Of a stretch of 64,000 nucleotides of DNA, positions 1 through 11,900 are shown in pieces. The notes beneath the pieces were generated by a model. That model was not told where the DNA came from. It searched no databases and saw only the letters and a program-made list of their open reading frames with translations. The number at the start of each line of letters is the position of its first letter. The stretch's first letter is position 1. The stretch comes from Mytilus trossulus (taxonomy: Eukaryota), in assembly GCF_036588685.1 (NCBI RefSeq), contig NC_086375.1:75826001-75890000 (forward strand), written 5' to 3'. Made by a program: the position numbers and the translations under genes.

Positions 1-802
1 AACATAAACCAATCATCTATAAATACACATTACATAATCATATTTTAAAATCAACAAACAAAGCAAAATATCTTGGCGTTTCCATCACAAACGATCTGAC
101 ATGGAATTCTCATATAAATGACATCACGAACAAAGCAAATGCATCACTGAGATTTATAAAACGACGTCAAAACTAACAGCATAAAAACAAAAGAACTGGC
201 TTACAAAACATACGTAAGACCAAAAATTGAATATTGCAGTGTCGTCTGGGACCCCTGGCAGAAACAACAAATACATAAAATCGAAATGGTACAGAGAAGA
301 GCTGCCAGGTATACACTCAACCAATACAGCTATCAAAGCAGTGTAACAGCCATGCTTGAACATCTAAGATGGCCAACATTACAACAAAGAAGAAATCTTG
401 CATCCGTCACCATGCTATACAAAATTCAACACCAATTAGTCTCCATCCCAGTAAATACATACCTAATACCATCCAAAGAACATAAATTTATACAGCCATT
501 CTCTCCCACAAACTATCATTTGTATTCATTTTTTCCTAGAACAATAAGGTTGTGGAATACCCTACCATATCAAGTAGCCTGTAGCCCAGACTTAGAAGCT
601 TTTAAGTCTGGTGCAAAACCACATATGTATTGCTAAATCAAACCATGTTTTTAACTATATACAAAAAAAAATAAAAATAAAAAATGTTTTTTCTTGCAAT
701 TATTGTAAATATGTTTAGTTTTAATTTGTTTCCCTAGCATGTGCCTTCTTGTAATCTTCAACATATTGAAGTTAAGAAGTATTATGTAGATAGATAGATA
801 GA
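1..802 (+). mobile_element. 3' end of a non-LTR retrotransposon (CR1/L2/Jockey-type RT C-terminus), frameshifted
   Basis: KYLGVSITNDLTWNSHI...YKTYVRPKIEYCSVVWDP...VQRRAAR...SFFPRTIRLWNTLP; frameshift near 165; ends in a short (ATAG)n tail. Confidence 0.88.
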
Positions 803-1194
803 CATAAGAAGTTGTCATTGACAAGCTGCTGACAAAATATTTAGTCATTCTGTTTAACAGTTTCTGAGAAAAGTGTGAAGATTTAAAACAACTTATCAGC
901 AAACAGGAAGTATAGTTATCTGACAGATTAGAAGAGTGCTCCAAATTCAAAAACTCAGCACAGTTAAGCTGTAGATCGAATATGAAGGTATTCTGTTTGT
1001 AATTCTAAGAAAAGTGTAATGATAAATTTTAAGTTCATTCAGCAGATTAGAAAAAATATGGTTAACAGGAAGAAGGTAATTGACGGATACGTTAATACAG
1101 GATGCAGTCTTGTAATTGACTGCTCAATAGGCTTACATGCAAAACCATGCAAAAGCTGACCTTTGAAAATAAAATGAAACTGCGAGCTGACTTA

Positions 1195-1350
1195 AATAAA
1201 CCCTGAAACCAAATTTCAGAAATCCTTGTATCGTAGTTCCTGAGAAAAATACGAAGAAAAATATTCATGGGACGGACGGACTGACGGACTGACGGAAGGA
1301 CAGACAGAGGTAAAACAGTATACCCCTCTTTTTGAAAGCGGGGGTATAAA
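1195..1350 (+). mobile_element. 3' part of a Helentron/HINE-like non-autonomous element
   Basis: (GGAC/GACG)n microsatellite then hairpin tatacccc...ggggtata and an A run. Confidence 0.65.
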
Positions 1351-1478
1351 AATAAAACATGCTACATAGATAAAAAAACATGTTCCTATCCTGTATGTAC
1401 TAATGTGAAATTGTGATTTAATCGAGAAAAAAAAGTGGGTCATGCCACGATGAATAAAAAGTTAAAAACATATTTTTT

Positions 1479-1609
1479 CTACTTTCTGTTTGCTGTTTTT
1501 AGTAGGCTGCACCACTTCCAGTAAACATGATATCCTTCCACTTTCCTGGATTGATATCCCCAAAAAGATGCCAGATTTATTTTCACTCTATATATATGTT
1601 TCAATTCAC
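1479..1609 (-). CDS. Candidate terminal exon of the myosin
   Basis: tgcag acceptor, phase matches exon 28, open to TAG (GELKHIYRVKINLASFWGYQSRK...TANRK*). No recognisable homology. Confidence 0.3.
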
Positions 1610-2067
1610 CTGCATAAACATATAATCAAACAGAAAAAACTGGACTATTTTGTTTTCCTCCATCTTTTGACATGGACTGGAAACTAGAGTTGTAATACAA
1701 GACTGATACCTGACACATTACAGCTCATTGTGAACCTGCTGACCAAAATATAAAGTAACTTTGTTCAAACAAGGAATTATTCGAATCTGGAATGATTTTA
1801 AATTCTGGAAAATAACAAAGAAAAACTTGAGATAAAAAGCTAACCCAACCAAAATTGGTTAGCATATGACTATGGTACATTTTGCTCTAATGGATTAAAC
1901 TAACAAAGGCCAGAGGCTCCTGACTTTGGACAGACACAAATTGTGGCGGGGTTAAACATGTTAATGAGACCTCAACCCTCCCCTTATACCTCTATCCAAT
2001 ATAAAAAAGTAAACACATAACAATACGCACATATAAGTCTCAGTTCAAGAGAAGTCCGAGTCTGATG

Positions 2068-2847
2068 TAGGCCTGTAACTAACTATAACTGACCTTGATC
2101 AGACCTATTACTAACTATAACTAACCTTGATAAGGACTATAACTAACTATAACTGACCTTGATAAGGCCTATAACTAACTATAACTGACCTAGATAAGGC
2201 CTATAACTAACTATAACTGACCTAGATAAGGCCTATAACTAACTATAACTGACCTTGATAAGGCCTGTAACTAACTATAACTGACCTTGATAAGACCTAT
2301 AACTAACTACAACTGACCTTGATAAGACCTATAACTAACTACAACTGACCTTGATAAGGACTATAACTAACTATAACTGACCTTGATAAGGCCTGTAACT
2401 AACTATAACTGACCTTGATAAGGCCTATAACTAACTATAACTGACCTAGATAAGGCCTATAACTAACTATAACTAACCTTGATAAGGACTATAACTAACT
2501 ATAACTGACCTTGATAAGGCCTGTAACTAACTATAACTGACCTTGATAAGGCCTATAACTAACTATAACTGACCTAGATAAGGACTATAACTAACTATAA
2601 CTGACCTTGATAAGGACTATAACTAACTATAACTGACCTAGATAAGGCCTGTAACTAACTATAACTAACCTTGATAAGGACTATAACTAACTATAACTGA
2701 CCTAGATAAGGCCTATAACTAACTATAACTGACCTTGATAAGGACTATAACTAACTATAACTGACCTTGATAAGGCCTGTAACTAACTATAACTAACCTT
2801 GATAAGGCCTGTAACTAACTATAACTGACCTTGATAAGGCCTGTAAC
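2068..2847. repeat. 32-bp minisatellite, about 24 copies, copy of exon 28 end + donor site
   Basis: Unit ccttgataaggcctataactaactataactga. Confidence 0.97.
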
Positions 2848-2921
2848 TTATGGCATCAGTATAAGGATTCTCAATCATGTCTTCTAAATCATCAAAGGTA
2901 TGCAGTATTTCTTCTATTACC
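2830..2921 (-). CDS. MYO16: MYO16-like exon 28 (tail)
   Basis: [31 protein letters not shown]; tttcag / AAG|gtcagt; phase fits exon 27; donor is the first unit of the 32-bp array. Confidence 0.78.
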
Positions 2922-5900
2922 CTGAAAGTATAATTCAACCTCTAAGTTAAAATAATCCAGTTTCTTCTGGTACTCTGAAATAATCCAATGTCTAAATTAG
3001 AATAATCCTATGTTTCTTTATACTTTAAAAAAAAACAAACAACCAAGGTTAAAGTTCTGCAAGTCACATTTTGCAAATTGCTGGATACATTACAAAGCTA
3101 AGTTATATTTAAATACATGAGGGTTGTCTCAAACCTAGATCTCACATTACAAAGGAAATAAAGAGGAAATTCACTTTCAATAAGTTTGTCAACTGAAGAT
3201 AATTGATTTTAACAAAAACTTCCTCAATTTTCATAATTTGGTTAATAAAATGCATTTAAAAACTCTTATCTTCTGAATTTAAACACTAAACATAAAACAA
3301 TAGAACAATGATCTTTCCTCCTTCTAAGATACATCTTATATTAAAGACTTTTTACAGCTTGGTTTACAGAATATTGTATAAAAACAACATAAAATGGTAG
3401 AAAACTATAAAGGATTAAAATTAGTTTAGGTGTTTAAGTCAGATCTGTTATTTCTATCTTTATAGACTCGGGCTGCTTGGCATAATATAAGTTATTGTGC
3501 TTTGACACAACTAACAGGATTATATAGACAGTGTTGAAAATAGTTGATCTTTGAGGATGAAACTCTAAACTCTAAACTTCTACGAATTCAATGCTTTCTA
3601 AATAAAAGAACAGAGTTACAATGTCCCCTGCCTTTCACATAATTTATCTAGACAGCAACTAACACATTGTTTGTTCTTATAAACTTTTTATGAATATCTT
3701 AGAGAAAAGAAGGCTTCAGAGTAAAAACAATTCAGGTTTACAATATAATTAATTATTCCAAGGGGCATAACTCATGAACAAAATGCTAGTTTGATATACA
3801 TGCTAGACAGTTAATTTCATAAGGAACATGTGTGCTAAGTATTAGGTTGATGTAACCAGACTACCTTAAACATAATCTTTCACCTGGTATGGGCAGATGG
3901 AATTACAAACAGACAGTAAAACACAATGCTTCTCTGCTATTGAGGAAGGGTATAAAAAGTTCAGACAAATTCAATTTTCATGATAGAAATACAAAGGATA
4001 TGGGTATCCATCCATAGCTCAAATCATAGTACCGATACATGCACAGAAAAAAATACAAATAAAAGCATAGACACTTAGCTTTTATTGCTATTCTTTATCT
4101 TAAAATTACAGAGGCCTTCAACACAGAGCAAACATGCTCTCATCTCACAGCAAGTTTAAGACAGATTTTACAAAGAGTAAGTTCTGCTCATTTCAGAATG
4201 AAGGAAGGACATAGAAATGAAATAGCATACATAGGGAGCACTATATGCTCAGTTGCCTTAGCTACCTCATGGTGGGGTTGTGAGAATGGAATAAATATAA
4301 ATAATTCCATTTAGAATTGAAAATCTTGAAAACCTGCCACGTTATTCACAAAATATATAACTACTAAATGTGATCACAGGTTATACTGATGTGTTCATGA
4401 ACAGCAAGTATTTTTATCAGTAAATTTTTCAGGGAAAAGGGGCACTGTCCAAAAACTATTAGTAAAAATTAATATGTTTTTCCTAATGAATTTTCTGATT
4501 TATTGTTACAAAACCTTTGCTGTATGAACCAATTCAATTAATCATTGAAGTGTCATATCTTAAATAATTTTATGGAGACCTTTTTCAAATCAAAACTAGG
4601 ATGGGTGGACAAACACATGCATAATTTTACAAAAAACACAAGCCTAACTATAAACAAGATTGCACACGCTGAAATGTCGCGCCTTCTTTACTAATCATTG
4701 ATTTTATGTTAATAGTCTAAGTATAAAGCTTTATTACAACTGTCACATAAAACTTAACATTAACCAAGATAACTAAATAAAGACCAATGAACCATGAGAA
4801 TGAGGTCAATGTCAGATGAACCATGCCAGGCAGACATATTAACGTTAAAGACACCCTTGTAGATTTCGAAAAAGAGTAGGCTAATGCCGCTACAAGGCAG
4901 CACTCGCACCCACAAAGTGGAAAGGGATTAATATAAGTTGCAAAACTTGTTTCCCAATCCACGATAAATAAATATGTTTAAACTATATACAGCTAACAAT
5001 GCTTCCATACAACAATTATAGTTGACCTATTACTTAGAGTTTAAGAAAAATAGACCAAATCACAAAAACTGAACACTGCATGATCAATGAACCGTGAAAA
5101 TGAGATCAAGGTCAAAGAAAACCTGTGCCACTAACATATAGATCATAAAATATTTCTATACACCAAGTATAGTTGACCTTTGGCTTATAGTATTAGATAA
5201 AGAGACCGAAACTCAAAAACGTAACTTTGACCACTGAACCATGAAAATGAGGTCAAGGTCAGATGACATCTGCCCGCTAGACATGTACACCTTACAATCA
5301 TTCCATACAACAAATATAGTAGTCCTATTGCATAAAATATGAGAATAACAGACCAAAACACAAAAAATTAACTATAACTACTGAACCATGAAAATGAGGT
5401 CAAGGTCAGATGACACCTGCCAGTTGGACATGTACACCTTACAGTCCTTCCATACACTGAATATACTAGCCCTATTGCTTATAGTATCTGAGATATGGAC
5501 TTGACCACCAAAACTTAACCTTGTTCACTGATCCATGAAATGAGGTCGAGGTCAAGTGAAAACTGTCTGACGGGCATAAGGACCTTGCAAGGTACACTCA
5601 TATCAAATATAATTATCCTATTACTTATAATAAGAGAGAATTCAACATTACAAAAAATCTGCACTCTTTATTCAAGTGATCACTGAACCATGAAAATGAA
5701 GAACATTGGACATGTGACTGATGGAAACTTTGTAACATGAGGCATCTATATACAAAGTATGAAGCATCCAGGTCTTCCACTTTCTAAATATAAAGCTTTT
5801 AAGAAGTGAGCTAACGCCGCGGCCGCCGGATCACTATCCCTAAGTCGAGCTTTCTGCAACAAAAGTTGCAGTCTCGACAAAAACTAAATATTTCAATAAA

Positions 5901-8900
5901 CCACAACTCATAAACAACCAATTTTCAATTAAACATCAGACGGCTTGGACGTTATATTGTGGAGATCCACAGTTGGAAGTGAAAATATAGAAATGTTTGA
6001 TGATATTTATTTTCAATCAAACAGAATACAAAATTGAGGTCACTGTAGTTTTGGCTCAATTTGCATTTCCACTAATTGATAAACTTTGAGATTAAGTTAC
6101 TTTTAACTCTTTGGTTCTTCAATAAGTTGAACCTCAGTTCTAATTCTTATTAATAACAACATGGAGTACAACTTACTGATTACTTGGCTCAGCTGACTTT
6201 TTAGCTCTATCTTCTGCTTGTTTTTTAGCTCTATCTTCTGCTTGCTTTTTAGAAGACTCTGCTTGCTTCTTAGTAAATTCTGCTTTCTTCTCTTTGTAAA
6301 CTTGTATTGCTTTATGTCTCCTGACAGCTGAAATAATTGTGAATGACTTTAAACATACAATTTAATAAAAGCAGAAAAATAATTTTGAAGATACAAAGAA
6401 GGAATGCAACATAATAAATCCTCCATAGAAGTCTGTTCACAGGTTATACTGATGTTTTCATGAACAGCAAGTATTTTTATCAGTAAATTTTTCAGGGAAA
6501 AGGGCCACTGTCCAAAATCTATCAGTAAAAATAATATGATATGACACATTCCCCATTTCCTTTCTCAATTTTATTCTGCTGTTATTATGTAGAATGTAAC
6601 AAATGAAAATTTGGACTGGTAAATAAAGGGTTGCAAAGATTTTTATAGATGAAAAATGATCAGTCTCTTCAAGCTGCATTTGTGTAACAGAATTATTGCG
6701 GTATGTTCAATAGTTTCTTGAGGTTGATGAGAAGGAACATACCATGAAAAGGTACACAGACTTGTTTCTGAAGATAAATATACAAGTCTCCTGCCATCTC
6801 ATTGAGTTCAACTAAAGATATTTCAAATAAATAAAAAGAGTGATATGTTTTGGTTTTTTTCTTCATGGATTTCTTTATTGGTGTATTTGTTGATATACCT
6901 GTAACTGATATCCTCTTACCTGACTGGGATATGACAAGTTTCTTTAGTATTTCATCATTGGCTTTATCAACATTACATACAACACCGTCTGTCATGAATA
7001 CTTTGGTTTTACCAATCTGAAATACAATTGCTGGTGTCATATGGCATTTTGAACCTCATGGAAAATTGACCCTGTCCTAATACATGTACTGCTATGGTAA
7101 AATCCCCCCCAAAAAACCCTTATATGGAAAATTGCCCCCCCCCCCTGGTAAATTGAACCCCTACATAATTACTAGAACATTATACATAATATTAAGGCTC
7201 ATCAATCATTGAAAATCAGACATACAAAAAGGGGAGGTAAATATTTCATGAAAGGAAAAAAATACCCTGGTTTGGTATATGTGCTCTGAACATACTGAAT
7301 GAAGACTTTACCAACAAAACTTAATTCAAAATACTTATTGAAGCATTTTGACTAAACCATGTATCTGGAATGCTTTGGTTATTTGATATCATGACTTAAA
7401 TTTACCATGGTAATAAAGGGGCAGTGGCAAAGTTATCATGACTCAGTGTAATTGTAAAAACATCTTCAAAATATGATTTTATATGTACCAAATATTAGTT
7501 AAGGTATCAAAACTTTACAAATAATTTGAAATATTTTTTTTTTTTAAATTAGAGGTGTATGGACAATGGTTATTAAATATAATTACTGTTGGTATGGGCA
7601 AGTATGAGCTAAATGAACAATAACATATCAACAGTGACCAAGTTCAATATTTTAAAACGACAGTTGAACAATATAAAAAAGGTTGTGTCACTGTTTTATT
7701 TGCAAAATAGTATCCAAACAATCATAACAAGTATGAGAATTTTCGTTAAACAGTCTTAAAAACATAGTTGACACTCGGTGAAATTGCAGTAGTAATTACA
7801 CCTTATATAAGAATGCCAGCTTTTGATTGGCTGATAGCCAGTGTATTTTTCGCATATTCTAACATATTTTCCTCATTTCAAACGGATCTGCCTTTTTTCA
7901 CCACTGCCAGTGAATATGCCTCAAATACCATGGTACATGTATTTGCCATTTTGGATATTCCTTTTTTACCCTTGCGAGCATCTTCCCGTCTTTTTTTTCG
8001 GATATGACGTTACATAAAGACAGTGCGAACACGTATACGTACCTGTATAGTTCCTGCGGTATATTTTATGACAGTACTTGTCCTCAAATAAATATTTCCT
8101 TTTCCTAGTACAGAGAGTTTAAATTAAAATTTATTCGGTGTAATTAAACAGATATATCATGTTATGGAGGGTATTTGCAAAAAATACAAGTCTTGGGACA
8201 AAATTTCCCTTGCCTAGCGGCTCGGGAAATTTATGTCCATCAACTTGTATTTTTCGCAAATACCCCTCCATAACATGATATATCTGTTCAATAGTCCCAA
8301 AAAGTCAAAATTACTTTACTTTGGTTAATTTAGTAAATGATGTAACTTATATGACCTACGTTTTTTTTTCAATCTATGTCATGCTCTGTGCTAAAACATT
8401 TACTTAACAATATCCAGAGCAGTATGTGTTGACCTTTATGTTAATCTAATCAATATTAAATCTATTGTTATCACATCTCAGTTATACATATGATAAACAA
8501 ACTCTGTCATATTACCTGATATCCATCTTTTTCACTGATCACACAGAATTTGAACATTTCTTTACATTTTTCAACGTCAGGTATCATAGAGTGGGAAGGT
8601 AAACAAGACAACATCAAAGCTTTATATCTGAAAATACAACCAGTCAGGTATCATAGGGAAGGTAAACAAGACAACATCAAAGCTTTATATCTGAAAATAC
8701 AACCAGTCAGGTATCATAGGGAAGGTAAACAAGACAACATCAAAGCTTTATATCTGAAAATACAACCAGTCAGGTATCATAGGGAAGGTAAACAAGACAA
8801 CATTAAAGCTTTATATCTGAAAATACAATCAGTCGGGTATCATAGGGAAGGTAAACAAGACAACATCAAAGCTTTATATCTGAAAATACAATCAGTCGGG

Positions 8901-11900
8901 TATCATAGGGAAGGTAAACAAGACAACATCAAAGCTTTATATCTGAAAATACAATCAGTCAGGTATCATAGGGAGGGTAAACAAGACAACATTAAAGCTT
9001 TATATCTGAAAATACAATCAGTCAGGTATCATAGGGAAGGTAAACAAGACAACATTAAAGCTTTATATCTGAAAATACAACCAGTCAGGTATCATAGGGA
9101 AGGTAAACAAGACAACATCAAAGCTTTATATCTGAAAATACAATCAGTCAGGTATCATAGGGAGGGTAAACAAGACAACATTAAAGCTTTATATCTGAAA
9201 ATACAATCAGTCAGGTATCATAGGGAAGGTAAACAAGACAACATCAATGCTTTATATCTGAAAATACAATCAGTCAGGTATCATAGGGAAGGTAAACAAG
9301 ACAACATCAATGCTTTATATCTGAAAATACAATCAGTCAGGTATCATAGGGAAGGTAAACAAGACAACATCAAAGCTTTATATCTGAAAATACAATCAGT
9401 CAGGTATCATAGGGAAGGTAAACAAGACAACATTAAAGCTTTATATCTGAAAATACAATCAGTCAGGTATCATAGGGAAGGTAAACAAGACAACATTAAA
9501 GCTTTATATCTGAAAATACAATCAGTCTGGTATCATAGGGAAGGTAAACAAGACAACATCAAAGCTTTATATCTGAAAATACAATCAGTCAGGTATCATA
9601 GGGAGGGTAAACAAGACAACATTAAAGCTTTATATCTGAAAATACAATCAGTCAGGTATCATAGGGAAGGTAAACAAGACAACATCAATGCTTTATATCT
9701 GAAAATACAATCAGTCAGGTATCATAGGGAAGGTAAACAAGACAACATCAAAGCTTTATATCTGAAAATACAATCAGTCAGGTATCATAGGGAAGGTAAA
9801 CAAGACAACATCAATGCTTTATATCTGAAAATACAATCAGTCAGGTATCATAGGGAAGGTAAACAAGACAACATCAATGCTTTATATCTGAAAATACAAT
9901 CAGTCAGGTATCATAGGGAAGGTAAACAAGACAACATCAATGCTTTATATCTGAAAATACAATCAGTCAGGTATCATTGGGAAGGTAAACAAGACAACAT
10001 CAATGCTTTATATCTGAAAATACAATCAGTCAGGTATCATAGGGAAGGTAAACAAGACAACATCAATGCTTTATATCTGAAAATACAATCAGTCAGGTAT
10101 CATAGGGAAGGTAAACAAGACAACATCAATGCTTTATATCTGAAAATACAACTTGAATTAATGGTCAAAGCAAAAAACCGAATGATTTAAATCTATCAAG
10201 TAAAGCTGATAACAGATATGTTGAATGTCATTAATTCAACATTCTCTTTCCTTCTATTATTGTAGTTTCATAATAAAACCCATTAAAAAAGAGACAAAGC
10301 AGAATGAAGATATGTATCTTTCAGGCTTGTTTTTCATGAAATGTTTTCTTATGTATTCTTTAATCTCAAGTGTTAGAAAACTTCTCTCTACATGTCATCA
10401 CTACATACCTACTGACAAAGTCATGAAACTTGATCCTGTAAGGATATCCAAACTTCTTTATTTTGATTGTCTCACTGATACCAGTATATCTCAGTTGTGC
10501 TAGAACATATTCTGGTATAAATGTCATAGCTGCCTTTGTAGTATTTGGTTTCAAACATCTAATTATATGTGGTGTAGAGGACTGGACCTTGATCATCAAT
10601 TCTGATAAGGAACACTGAAATAGATACATTAATTCTAATAAGGAACACTGAAATGGATACATTAATTCTGATAAGGAACACTGAAATAGATACATTAATT
10701 CTAATAAGGAACACTGAAATGGATACATTAATTATGATAAGGAAGACTGAAATAGAGACATTAATTCTGATAAGGAACACTGAAATGGATACATTAATTC
10801 TGATAAGGAACACTGAAATAGATACATTAATTCTAATAAGGAACACTGAAATAGATACATTAATTCTAATAAGGAACACTGAAATGGATACATTAATTAT
10901 GATAAGGAACACTGAAATAGATACATTAATTCTGATAAGGAACACTGAAATAAAGACATTAATTCTGATAAGGAACACTGAAATAGATACATTAATTCTA
11001 ATAAGGAACACTGAAATGGATACATTAATTCTGATAAGGAACACTGAAATAGATACATTAATTCTGATAAGGAACACTGAAATTGATGCATTTAATTTTA
11101 AGGAACACTGAAATAGATACATTAATTCTAATAAGGAACACTGACATGGATACATTAATTCTGATAAGGAACACTGAAATAAAGACATCAATTCTGATAA
11201 GGAACACTGAAATGGATTCATTAATTTTGATAAGGAACACTGAAATGGAGACATTAATTCTGATAAGGAACACTGAAATAGATACATTAATTCTGATAAG
11301 GAACACTGAAATAAAGACATTAATTCTGAGAAGGAACACTGAAATGGATACATTAATTCTGATAAGGAACACTGAAATAGATACATTAATTCTAATAAGG
11401 AACACTGAAATGGATACATTAATTCTGATAAGGAACACTGAAATAGATACATTAATTCTAATAAGGAACACTGAAATGGATACATTAATTCTGATAAGGA
11501 ACACTGAAATAGAGACATTAATTCTGATAAGGAACACTGAAATGGATACATTAATTCTGATAAGGAACACTGAAATAGATACATTAATTCTAATAAGGAA
11601 CACTGAAATAGATACATTAATTCTAATAAGGAACACTGAAATGGATACATTAATTATGATAAGGAACACTGAAATAGATACATTAATTCTGATAAGGAAC
11701 ACTGAAATAAAGACATTAATTCTGATAAGGAACACTGAAATAGATACATTAATTCTAATAAGGAACACTGAAATGGATACATTAATTCTGATAAGGAACA
11801 CTGAAATAGATACATTAATTCTGATAAGGAACACTGAAATTGATGCATTTAATTTTAAGGAACACTGAAATAGATACATTAATTCTAATAAGGAACACTG

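Noticed and set aside
8576-10150. Arrays as tandem mutually exclusive exons
   Set aside because: Each unit has only one kind of splice site and a partial exon edge, so units are not complete exons.
8550-10190. 546-aa plus-strand ORF of 21-aa repeats
   Set aside because: Antisense reading of the 63-bp junction array; open only because the unit is a multiple of 3 with no stop in that frame; TTG start and no unique domain.
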